Assembly (NCBI RefSeq): GCF_963921235.1
Contig: NC_086109.1
Coordinates: 372,001 to 436,000, forward strand
Length of the DNA stretch: 64,000 nt
Source: Mobula hypostoma
Lineage: Eukaryota
Direction of reading: 5' to 3'
Shown: piece by piece, positions 53,554 through 64,000 of the stretch
How positions within the stretch are numbered: position 1 is the first letter of the stretch
Layout: every line of letters starts with the position of its first letter
Notes under the pieces: generated by a model
Databases searched by the model: none
Seen by the model: only the letters and a program-made list of their open reading frames with translations
Told to the model about the DNA's origin: nothing
Made by a program: the position numbers and the translations under genes

Positions 53554-54975
53554 CAATATTCCCTCTAATTTTTAGTAGTCTGTGTGCGCAAAAATATTAT
53601 GTTGTGAAAATTTCTTTTCCTGTGACAAAAGTATGTGTACACTGAATGCACACATGGCACAGTTTATGTAAGTTTACAAAATATTTGACATAAAACTGCA
53701 CAGAATAACAACAAAATAACATACATATTTAAGTCACTCAGTTATTTTTTCTCTTTCCTGTCTTTGGCATTTACCCATTCTTTGTAAACTCTATCTAAAC
53801 TAATAAAACTTCCATCCAATTGACAGCTTTTAATTCTCATTAACATCTCGAAATGACATTCACCTAGGATTCTCAGCTTGTTTTTGAGTTGATTCATTAA
53901 GCTAAAACCTCGCTCACAGTCCACACTAGACGCAAGAAAGTTTCCCCCAATGTCCATCAACTGTGCAAGGTCACTAAACTGTTCATTTTGAAGTACAAAT
54001 GCCACCATTTGAGCAAAGTTTGAAATTGGTTTGGATTTAATTTTTTCTTGCATGGAAAATTTGAAATCATTAAACTGTCTAACTATTACAATATTTTCAG
54101 CTAGAAAATCACGATATTTCAGACATAAGCATTAACTTGTTCATTGCCAAATGTGAAGTCACAATCTGCAATTGCGGAGAAATCAAAGGCTGACCATTCT
54201 TGTACCTCAGCTTTGATCTCCTCTGGGTTTGATCGTTTTCCCTCTCGCTCATCTGCACTCAACCGTAACATGCCTAGCACTCCTGTAATGGGTAATAACG
54301 GGTTCTGTTGCCTGAGCTTTTGTACACCATCCAAAAGTGCATTACTTGCCAAATTATGTTTCAAGAAGTTAAGTTTCCAAATATCATCCCATTTCTTTCC
54401 ACTAGCAAATTCTCCAGCAACTTTAGCATCACGACAATACAAACAGATAACTCCAGTTTCCGAATCATAAATAAATATTTCTCATAGCTGAACGTTCATG
54501 ACCTCATGAGCTTTCAGTGTAACAGTTTCTACTATTTTGTTAAGCCATTCAACTTTAAACAAATTTGCAGTCCTTTTGCGCTTCACGCCATTCACTTCTT
54601 TTGAATTCGACATAGTGAATCAATATTTTTTCCAATAAAAACTTAGTAAGCTACCTACAGGATTTGAAACAGATCTTTCTAAACTTTATGATATGAACAC
54701 CGTCCGGCAAAGATGGCTGCTGCCGTGATGCAGCTGTACAAACCGGAACAGGAATGGTGAGGTGACGTAAATTGGTGATGTGCGTTGTGGTATTTGAAAA
54801 ACCGACTACTGTAATTAGTTAACAGAAACAGTTAGCTAAAAGATTATTTTCAATAAGTATAATTATCAATTACTGCATTATTTTAGCTAACCTTTTGTGC
54901 ACACATTAATTTCCTTTGTGCACTGGTTGAAAAACGTGTGCGTATGCACATAGGCACAGCTTAGAGGGAACTATG
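53554..54975 (-). mobile_element. Non-autonomous, internally deleted hAT DNA transposon with a ZNF862-like transposase remnant
   Basis: Perfect 8-bp TSD CTCACTAC at 53546-53553 and 54976-54983. Imperfect TIRs CAATATTCCCTCTAA / TTAGAGGGAACTATG. Minus-strand remnant from ATG 54613 reads FKVEWL...ICLYC (TTF-zinc-finger-like, one in-frame TGA), followed by the C-terminal hAT dimerisation motif ASSVDCERGFSLMNQLKNKLR. Confidence 0.9.
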
Positions 54976-55870
54976 CTCACTACCACCATCCATACTGCCA
55001 ATGAGTCCCACCCTTCCCACTCACTACCACCATCCACACTCCCAATGAGCCCCACTCTTCCCATTCACACCTACTGTCTACACCCCAGTGGATCCCGTCC
55101 TTTCCCAGGATCTGAACTCCCAATGGACCCAAACCCATCCCACTCCTATCCACAGTGTGCACTTCTAACAGACCCCACCCTTTCCACCCATTTCCACTGT
55201 CCACACACAACAGATCCAAGCCCTACCCACTCACTCCCACTGTCCATAAAACCAAGAGAGCCCACCCTTCCAATTAACCCTCAGTATCTGCATTCCCAAC
55301 CAACCCAACCTTTGCCCCACACTCCCACCAATCACCCTCCAAATGGAACTCACCCTTCTGACCCACTCCCAACCAACCCAACCCTTGCCCCACACTCCCA
55401 CCAATCACACTCCAAATGGACCTCACCCCTTCCGACCCACCCCCAACCAACCCAACCCTTGCCCCACACTCCCACCAATCACACTCCAAATGGACTTCAC
55501 CCCTTCCGACCCACTCCCAACCAACCCAAACTTGCCCCACACTCCCACCAATCACCCTGCAAATGGACCTCACCCCTTCCGATCCACTCCCACTGGACTT
55601 GTGTGCCTTCTCACCATCTGCATAACCAATGGATCCCAACCCTTCCCACTCTCTTCCAACGTTCACACTCCCAACAGACCTGATCCCTTCCCACTCACAC
55701 ACCACCGTCTGCATTCCCAATGGATCCCACCACTTCCCACTCCTTCCAATGTACACACTCCCAACAGACCTGATCCCTTCCCACCTACACACCACCACCG
55801 TCTGCATTCCCAATGGACCCGAGATGCTTCTAACTCAGTACTATTGGACCCAGCCAGTTCCCACTCATTC
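54976..55870. repeat. Degenerate C/A-rich minisatellite region, including four copies of a 73-74-bp unit at ~55295-55590
   Basis: CCCAACCAACCCAA(C/A)... starts at 55295, 55368, 55442 and 55516. The flanks are diverged relatives of the 44-bp unit (cactcccaa..gg.cccc.cccttcccactc). Confidence 0.8.
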
Positions 55871-55874
55871 CCAA

Positions 55875-56303
55875 CTGGGAGTATATGATTGGACAGTGCA
55901 GAGGGAGTTTCACTCTATGTTTAACCCATTCCCAGGGAGTGTGTGATGGGATAGTGTAGAGGGAGATTCACTCTGTGCCTGACCCTGGGAGTGTATGATT
56001 GGACAGTGCAGAGCGAGTTTCACTCTATGTTTAACCCATTCCCAGGGAGTGTGTGATTGGACAGTGTAGAGGGAATTTCACTGTGTCTGACCCCAGGAGT
56101 GTGTGATGGGACAGTGTAGAGGGAGTTTCACTCTTTGTCTGACCCATGTCCTGGGAGTGTGTGATGGGATAGTGTAGAGGGAGCTTCACTCTGTGTCTGA
56201 CCCGTGCCCTGGGAGTGTGAGGGAGATTCACTCTGTGCCTGACCCTGGGAGTGTATGCAGGGACAGTGTAGAGGGAGCTACACTCTGTATCTAACCCCAG
56301 GAG
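55875..56303. repeat. Short, diverged island of the intron-3 satellite (composite ~52-58-bp units) in intron 1
   Basis: About 8 units of GGGAGTGTGTGATGGGACAGTGTAGAGGGAGTTTCACTCT...GACCC, in the same orientation as the large array. Confidence 0.92.
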
Positions 56304-56659
56304 GTTCCTAGTTCGTCTAGTTTGAAGCCAAGCTGTTCCCCTGAGCCATTGGAAACGTGTTTTGAAGTGTCTTTCAGAAAACGTGTTTAAAAATAGATGT
56401 GTAAATGCACAGTGGATGATACACAGGCAGACAGAGAGAGAGAGCAACGCCTCTCCATCTGTCCTGTCACCAGCACATTCCCTTTCTCCACCCGACTCTC
56501 CACTCCATTCACCTTCCCCTCCCCTGAACCCCGTCCTTTATCCTCGCACAAATTTCCCTTTCTACCTCCTGCTGTTTCTCCAATCTGATCATCCCACTGT
56601 TAGTTCTCCGTGCTTGTCTACTCTCTCCCTCCACCCCTCCATCCAGGAACCCGCTTTCA

Positions 56660-56925
56660 ATCCCTCCTCCCACGCTCCGTCCCTCCATCCTTCCTCCCAC
56701 GCACCATCCCTCCATCCCTCCTCCCACGAATCTCCCTCCATCCCTCCTCCCACGCACCGTCCCTCCATCCCTCCTCCCACGCACCGTCCCTCCATCCCTC
56801 CTCCCACGCACCGTCCCTCCATCCTTCCTCCCACGCACCGTCCCTCCATCCCTCCTCCCACGAACCTCCCTCCATCCCTCCTCCCACGCACCGTCCCTCC
56901 ATCCCTCCTCCCACGAACCTCCCTC
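56660..56925. repeat. 27-bp minisatellite (CCCTCCATCCCTCCTCCCACGCACCGT), about 10 copies
   Basis: Read directly; it translates as repeated PSIPPPTHR in the ORF track. Confidence 0.9.
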
Positions 56926-57019
56926 CTTCCGCTCACGCGGCCCACGAACCAGCCCGACCCGCCGCGCACACACAACACACGCCGACACAAAAGACCTCCC
57001 GGCAGCGGCGCAGCCTCAC

Positions 57020-57083
57020 CTGTTCCGACACGCAACAGCAGTAACAGCGACCGGATGCCCCGGGCTGGGTCCCGCCTCTCCAT
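57020..57083 (-). CDS. IGSF8: Exon 1 coding part: signal peptide MERRDPARGIRSLLLLLRVGT
   Basis: ATG at 57083 (gtgATGG), 64 nt, strong donor CAG|GTGAGG (GT at 57019-57018). Phase 1 joins exon 2 to give ...LLLLLRVGTALA-KLSRV, an A-x-A cleavage-like site. It lies in the CpG-rich unique patch. Confidence 0.85.
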
Positions 57084-57170
57084 CACACAACCGAGCCTGG
57101 AAGCGAGGACAAACAGCGAGCACCCGGCAGCAGCATCCCGGAACGACCGCCCCGCCCCGGCCCGACTCCA
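57084..57170 (-). promoter_or_regulatory. Putative 5' UTR and TATA-less core promoter within a CpG-rich patch (~56930-57170)
   Basis: Tandem GC boxes (minus strand GGGGCGGGGCGG at 57147-57158) and a CCGGAA ETS-like core at 57138-57143, 55-75 nt upstream of the ATG. The TSS cannot be determined from sequence. Confidence 0.55.
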
Positions 57171-57171
57171 A

Positions 57172-60100
57172 ACTCCTCCCCTCCCCTTTCCTCCCCTCCC
57201 CTCCCCTCCTCTCCCCTCCCCTCCCCACCCCACCCACTCCTCCACTCCTCACCCCCTCGCCTCCCCTCCTCTCCGCTACTCTCTCCTCCCCTCCCCTCTT
57301 CTCCCCTCCCCTCCCCACGCCTCCCATCCCCTCCCCTCCGCTCCTCTCCCCACCCACTCCTCCACTCCACTCCTCTCCCCTCCCCTCCTCACCCCCTCGC
57401 CTCCTCTCCTCTCCGCTACTCTCTCCTCCCCTCCCCTCTTCTCCCCTCCCATCCCCTCCCCTCCGCTCCTCTCCCCTCCGCTCCTCTCCCCTCCCCTCCT
57501 CTCCCCTCTCCTTCCCTCTCCTCCCCTCTACTCCAGTCCCTTCCCCTCCCCTCCCTTCCCCTCACCTGCCCTCGCCTCCGCTCCGCTCCCCTCTCCTCCC
57601 CACCCTTCCCCTCCCTTCCCCTCCCCTCCCTTCCCCTCACCTCCCCTCGCCTCAGCTCCCCTCTCCTCCCCTCTCCTCTCCTCCCCTCACCTCCCCTCCA
57701 CTCCACACCCTTCCCCTCCCCTCCCCTCCCCTCCCCTCCCCTCCCCTCCCCTCCCCTCCCCTCCCCTCCCCTCTCCTCCCCTCCCCTCCCCTCTCCTCCC
57801 CTCCCCTCTCCTCGTCTCCCCTCCCCTCCCCTCGTCTCCCCTCCCCTCCCCTCGTCTCCCCTCCCCTCTCCTCCTCTCCCCTCTCACCTCCCCTCCTCTC
57901 CACCCTCCCCTCCCCTGCCCTCCCCTCCTCTCCACCCTCCCCTCCCCTCCGCTCCCCTCCCCTCCCCACCCACTCCTCCACTCCCCTCTGCTCCTCTCCC
58001 CTCCCCTCCCCTCCCCACCCCTCCCCACCCACTCCTCCACTCCACTCCTCTCCCCTCCCCTCCTCACCCCCTCGCCTCCCCTCCTCTCCTCACCCCCTCG
58101 CCTCCCCTCCTCTCCGCTACTCTCCCCTACCCTCCCCTCTCCTCATCTCCCCTCTCCTCCCCTCCCCTCCTCATCTCCCCTCCCCTCCCCTCCCCTCCCC
58201 TCCCTTCCCCTCCCCTCCCCTCCCCTCCCCTCCCCTCCCCTCCCTTCCCCTCCCCTCCTCTCCCTTCCCCTCCCCTCCCCTCCCCTCCACTCTCCTCCTC
58301 TCCCCTCCCCTCCCCTCCCGTCTCCTCCTCCCCTTCCCCTCTCGTCTACTCCTCCCCTTCCCCTCCCCTCCCGTCCCCTCCCCTCAGCTCCTCTCCCCTC
58401 CCTTCCCATCCCCTCCCCACCCACTCCTCCACTCCTCTCCTCTCCCATCCACACCCCTCCCCTCCCCTCCCATTCCCTCCTCTCCCCTCCCCTCTCCTCT
58501 CCTCCTCTCCCCTCCCCTCTCCTCTTTTCCCCTCCTCTCCCCTCCCCTCCCCTCCTCCCTCCTCTCCACCCTCCTCTCCTCTCCCCTCCCCTCCTCTCCT
58601 CTCCTTTCTTCTCCTCCTCTCCTCTCCTCTCTCCTCTCCACTTCCCTCCACTCCCCTCCCCTCTCCTCCTCTCCCCTGCCCTCCCCTCCCCTCTCATCCT
58701 CTCCCCACCCCTCCCCTCTCATCCTCTCCCCTCCTCTCCCCTCCTCTCCCCTCCTCTCCCTTCCCCTCCTCTCCCTTCCCCTCCCCTCCCTTCCCCTCCC
58801 CTCCCCACCTCTTCCCTCCCCTCTCCCCCTCTTCCCTCCCCTCTCCCCTCCCCTCCCCTCCCCTCCCCTCCCGTCTCCTCCTCCCCTTCCCCTCCCCTCC
58901 CTTCCCCTCCTCTCCCATCCCCTCCCCTCTCCTCCTCTCCCCTCCCCTCCTGATCCCCTCGCCTCCCCTCCTCTCCGCTCCTTTCCCCTCCCCTCCCCTC
59001 CACTCCCCTCCCCTCCCCTCCCATTCCCTCCTCTCCCCTCCCCTCTCCCCACCCCTCCTCTCCCCTCCCCTCTCCTCCTCTCCTCTCCCCTCCCCTCTCC
59101 TCTCCTCCTCTCCCCTCCTCTCCCCTCCCCTCCCCTCCCCTCCACTCCCCTCCCCTCCCCACCCACTCCTCCCCTCCCCTCCCCTCTCCCCTCCACTCCC
59201 CTCCTCTTCCCTCCCCTCTACCCTGCCCTCCGCTCCTATCCCCTCCCCTCTCCCCTCCCCTCCCCTCCCGTCTTGTCCTCCCCTTCCACTCTCGTCTACT
59301 CCTCCCCTTCCCCTCCCTTCCCCTCCTCTCCCACCCCCTCCCCTCTCCTCCAATCCCCTCCCCTCCTGACCCCTCGCCTCCCCTCCTCTCAGCTCCCCTC
59401 CCCTCCCCTCCCCTCTCCTCTCCTCCCCTCCCCTCCCCTCCTCTCCCCTCCTCTCTCCTCCTCTCCCTCCCCTCCCCTCCCCTCCTCTACCCTCCCATCC
59501 ACTCCTCTCCCCACTGCCCTCCCCTCCCCTCCTCACCCCTCCCATCCCCTCCCCTCCGCTCCTCTCCCCTCCCCTCCCATCCCCTCCCATCCCCTCCCCA
59601 CCCATTCCTCCACTCCTCTCCTCTCCACTCCCCTCCCCTCCCCTCTCCCCTCCCCTCTCCCCTCCCCTCTCCCCTCCCCTCCCCTCTCCCATCCCCTCCT
59701 CTCCCCTCCCATCCCCTCCCCTACTCTCCCCTCCCCTCCCCTCTCCTCCCGTCTCCTTCCCTCCCGTCTCCTTCCCTCCCGTCTCCTCCTCCCCTTCCCC
59801 TCCCCTCCCTTCTTCTCCCTTCCACTCCCTTCCCCTCCTCTCCCTTTCTCTCCCCTCCCCTACTCTCCAATCCACTCCCCTCCCCTCCCCTCCCGTTCCC
59901 TCCTCTCCGCTCCCCTCTCCCCTCCCCTCCTCTCCCCTCCCCTCCTCTCCCCTCTCCTCCCCTCCTCTCCCCTCCCCTCTCCTCTCCTCCTCTCCCCTCC
60001 CCTTCTCTCCCCTCCCCTCTCCCCAGCCCTCCCCTCCCCTGCCCTCCCCTCTCCACCCCTCCTCTCCCCTCCCCTCCCCTCCCACCTCCTCTCCACCTCC

Positions 60101-63100
60101 TCTCCCACCTCCTCTCCCCCTCCTCTCCCCTCCCCTCCCCTTCCCTCCTCTCCCCTCCCCTCCCCTCGCCTCCCCTCCCCTCCCCTCCTCTCCCTTCCCC
60201 TCCCATCCCTTCCCCTCCCCTCCCCTCCACTCTCCTCCTCTCCCCTCCCCTCCCGTCTCCTCCTCCCCTTCTCCTCTCGTCTACTCCTCCCCTTCCCCTC
60301 CCCTCCCGTCCCCTCCCCTCGGCTCCTCTAACCTCCCCTCCCATCCCCTCCCCACCCACTCCTCCACTCCTCTCCTCTCCCATCCACTCCCCTCCCCTCC
60401 CCTCCCATTCCCTCCTCTCCCCTCCCCTCTCCCCACCCCTCCTCTCCCCTCCCCTCCCCTCTCCTCTCCTCCTCTCCCCTCCCCTCCCCTCCTCCCTCCT
60501 CTCCCCCTCCTCTCCTCTCCCCTCCTCTCCCCTCCTCTCCCCTCCCCTCCTCTCCTCTCCTTTCTTCTCCTCCTCTCCTCTCCTCTCTCCTCTCCACTTC
60601 CCTCCACTCCCCTCCCCTCTCCTCCTCTCCCCTGCTCTCCCCTCCCCTCTCATCCTCTCCCCACCCCTCCCCTCTCATCCTCTCCCCTCCCCTCCCCTCC
60701 CCTCCCCTCTCCCCTCCCCTCCCCTCCCCTCCCCTCCTCTCCCCTCCCCTCCCGTCCCCACCTCTTCCCTCCCCTCTCCCCTCCCCTCCCCTCCTGTCTC
60801 CTCCTCCCCTTCCCCTCTCGTCTACTCCTCCCCTCCCTTCCCCTCCTCTCCCATCCCCTCCCCTCTCCTCCAATCCCCTCCACTCCTGGCCCCCCGCGCC
60901 TCCCCTCCTCTCAGCTCCCCTCCCCTCCCCTCCCCTCCCCTCTCCTCGTCTCCCCTCCCCTCCCCTCCTCTCCCCTCCCATCCACTCCCCTCCCCTCCCC
61001 TCTCCCCTCCCCTCCCCTCTCCCATCCCCTCCTCTCCCCTCCCATCCCCTCCCCTACTCTCCCCTCCCCTCCCCTACTCTCCCCTCCCCTCCCCTCTCCT
61101 CCCGTCTCCTCCCCTCCCGTCTCCTCCTCCCCTTCCCCTCCCCTCACTTCTTCTCCCTTCCACTCCCTTCCCCTCCTCTCCCTTTCTCTCCCCTCCCCTA
61201 CTCTCCAATCCACTCCCCTCCCGTTCCCTCCTCTCCGCTCCCCTCTCCCCTCCCCTCCTCTCCCTTCCCCTCCTCTCCCCTCCCCTCCTGTGCCCTCTCT
61301 TCCCCTCCTCTCCCCTCCCCTCTCCTCTCCTCCTCTCCCCTCCCCTTCTCTCCCCTCCCCTCTCCCCAGCCCTCCCCTCCCCTGCCCTCCCCTCTCCTCC
61401 CCTCCTCTCCCCTCCCCTCCCCTCCCACCTCCTCTCCACCTCCTCTCCCACCTCCTCTCCCCCTCCTCTCCCCTCCCCTCCCCTCTGCTCCTCTCCCCTC
61501 CCCTCCCATCCCCTTCCCTCATCTCCCCTCTCCCCTCCCCTCCCCTCCCCTCCCAACCCCTCCCCACCCACTCCTCCACTCCCCTCCCCTCCCCTCCCCT
61601 CCCCTTCCCTCCTCTCCCCTCCCCTCCCCTCTCCTCCCCTCCTCTCCCCTCCCCTCCCCTCCCATCCTCTCCCCTCCCCTCCCCACCCACTCCTCCACTC
61701 CTCACCCCCTCGCCTCCCCTCCTCTCCGCTACTCTCTCCTCCCCTCCCCTCTTCTCCCCTCCCCTCCCCTCTTCTCCCCTCCCCTCCTCTCCTCTCCGCT
61801 ACTCTCTCCTCCCCTCCCCGCTTCTCCCATCCCATCCCCTCCCATCCCCTCCCCTCCACTCCTCTCCCCTCCTCTCCCCTCCCCTCCTCTCCCCTCTCCT
61901 TCCCTCACCTCCCCTCTCCTCCAGTCCCTTCCTCTCCCCTCCCTTCCCCTCACCTGCCCTCGCCTCCGCTCCGCTCCCCTCTCCTCCCCTCCCTTCCCCT
62001 CCCTTCCCCTCCCCTCCCTTCCCCTCACCTCCCCTCGCCTCAGCTCCCCTCTCCTCCCCTCTCCTCTCCTCCCCTCACCTCCCCTCCACTCCACTCCCAT
62101 CCCCTCCCCTCCCCTCCCCTCCCCTCCCCTCTCCTCTCCTCGTCTCCCCTCCCCTCCCCTCTCCTCGTCTCCCCTCCCCTCCCCTCGTCTCCCCTCCCCT
62201 CTCCTCCTCTCCCCTCTCACCTCCCCTCCTCTCCACCCTCCCCTCCCCTGCCCTCCCCTCCTCTCCACCCTCCCCGCCCCTCCGCTCCCCTCCCCTCCCC
62301 AACCACTCCTCCACTCCCCTCTGCTCCTCTCCCCTCCCCTCCCCTCCCCACCCCTTCCCACCCACTCCTCCACTCCACTCCTCTCCCCTCCCCTCCTCAC
62401 CCCCTCGCCTCCCCTCCTCTCCGCTACTCTCCCCTCCCCTCCGCTACTCTCCCCTCCCCTCCCCTCCCCTCTCCTCATCTCCCCTCCCCTCCTCACCTCC
62501 CCTCCCCTCCCCTCCTCTCCCTTCCCCTCCCCTCCCCTCCCCTCCACTCTCCTCCTCTCCCCTCCCCTCCCCTCCCGTCTCCTCCTCCCCTTCCCCTCTC
62601 GTCTACTCCTCCCCTTCCCCTCCCCTCCCGTCCCCTCCCCTCAGCTCCTCTCCCCTCCCTTCCCATCCCCTCCCCACCCACTCCTCCACTCCTCTCCTCT
62701 CCCATCCACACCCCTCCCCTCCCCTCCCATTCCCTCCTCTCCCCTCCCCTCTCCTCTCCTCCTCTCCCCTCCCCTCTCCTCTCTTCCCCTCCTCTCCCCT
62801 CCCCTCCCATCCTCCCTCCTCTCCACCCTCCTCTCCTCTCCCCCCCCTCCTTTCTTCTCCTCCTCTCCTCTCCTCTCTCCTCTCCACTTCCCTCCACTCC
62901 CCTCCCCTCTCCTCCTCTCCCCTGCCCTCCCCTCCCCTCTCATCCTCTCCCCACCCCTCCCCTCTCATCCTCTCCCCTCCCCTCCCCTCCCCTCCTCTCC
63001 CCTCCTCTCCCTTCCCCTCCCATCCCCACCTCTTCCCTCCCCTCTCCCCCTCTTCCCTCCCCTCTCCCCTCCCCTCCCCTCCCGTCTCCTCCTCCCCTTC

Positions 63101-64000
63101 CCCTCTCGTCTACTCCTCCCCTTCCCCTCCCCTCCCTTCCCCTCCCCTCCCTTCCCCTCCTCTCCCCTCCCCTCCCCTCTCCTCCTCTCCCCTCCCCTCC
63201 TGACCCCCTCGCCTCCCCTCCTCTCCGCTCCTCTCCCCTCCCCTCCCCTCCCATTCCCTCCTCTCCCCTCCCCTCTCCTCCACTCCTCTCCCCTCCCCTC
63301 CTCACACCCTCGCCTCCTCTCCTCTCCGCTACTCTCTTCTCCCCTCCCCTCTTCTCCCCTCCCCTCCCCTCCCATCCCCTCCCCTCCGCTCCTCTCACCT
63401 CCTCTCCCCTCCCCTCCTCTCCCCTCTCCTTCCCTCTCCTCCCCTCTCCTCCAGTCCCTTCCCCTCCCCTCCCTTCCCCTCACCTGCCCTCGCCTCCGCT
63501 CCGCTCCCCTCTCCTCCCCTCCCTTCCCCTCACCTCCCCTCGCCTCAGCTCCCCTCTCCTCCCCTCTCCTCTCCTCCCCTCACCTCCCCTCCACTCCACA
63601 CCCCTCCCCTCCCCTCTCCTCGTCTCCCCTCCCCTCCCCTCCCCTCTCCTCGTCTCCCCTCCCCTCTCCTCGTCTCCCCTCCCCTCCCCTCGTCTCCCCT
63701 CCCCTCTCCTCCTCTCCCCTCTCCCCTCCCCTCCTCTCCACCCTCCCCTCCCCTGCCCTCCCCTCCTCTCCACCCTCCCCTCCCCACCGCTCCCCTCCCC
63801 TCCCCACCCACTCCTCCACTCCCCTCTGCTCCTCTCCCCACACTCCCCTCCCCACCCCACCCCTCCCCACCCACTCCTCCACTCCACTCCTCTCCCCTCC
63901 CCTCCTCACCCCCTCGCCTCCCCTCCTCTCCGCTACTCTCCCCTCCCCTCTCCTCATCTACCCTCCCCTCCCCTCCCCTCCTCTCCCTTCCCCTCCCCTC
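57172..64000. repeat. Polypyrimidine/polypurine low-complexity satellite derived from (CCCCT)n/(CTCCT)n, at least 6.8 kb
   Basis: The plus strand is overwhelmingly C/T in 5-nt units through to the window end, with re-used blocks of several hundred bp. Confidence 0.97.

Larger units (their letters stand above)
1..57083 (-). other. IGSF8: 5' portion (exons 1-3, introns 1-3) of an EWI-family Ig-superfamily gene, IGSF8/EWI-2-like; the gene should continue beyond position 1
   Basis: Three minus-strand exons splice in frame (phase 1 at every junction) into signal peptide + Ig1 + Ig2. No further Ig, transmembrane or stop-containing exon is seen between 1 and 46608. Family assignment is firm; orthology versus IGSF3/PTGFRN/CD101 is less certain. 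Confidence 0.75.

Noticed and set aside
54961..54971. hAT right TIR TTAGAGGGAAC also occurs in a satellite variant (e.g. ~37053, ~45424), hinting at a transposon origin of the satellite
   Set aside because: Only an 11-bp match to a minority variant, with no further similarity; chance is sufficient.
56362..63957. Long Pro/Ser/Leu (plus) and Gly/Arg/Glu (minus) ORFs up to 863 aa resembling extensin or formin tracts
   Set aside because: Automatic result of C/T-only sequence lacking stop codons; open in multiple frames on both strands.

Overview
Vertebrate genomic DNA. The CR1 LINE tails suggest a cartilaginous fish (inference). The window holds the 5' part of one minus-strand gene for an EWI-family immunoglobulin-superfamily protein, most like IGSF8/EWI-2. 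Exon 1 (signal peptide) is 57020-57083, exon 2 (Ig domain 1) is 53012-53386 and exon 3 (Ig domain 2) is 46609-47037; all are joined by phase-1 GT-AG introns. Intron 3 is at least 46.6 kb and, as far as I can read it, consists only of a complex satellite (26/25-bp unit plus a 58-bp composite unit). The satellite has kb-scale higher-order repeats and about 35 recurring CAG|GTGAGA splice-donor-like motifs on the transcribed strand. Intron 2 is a three-level nest of CR1 LINE fragments. Intron 1 holds an internally deleted hAT transposon with a perfect 8-bp TSD, several minisatellites and a small island of the same satellite. A small CpG/GC-box promoter region abuts a C/T-rich (CCCCT-derived) tract of at least 6.8 kb that runs to the window end. 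Nearly all ORFs in the supplied track are repeat artefacts. I found no prokaryote-type system. The best candidate for something undescribed is the giant all-satellite intron and how it is processed, which is a hypothesis only.
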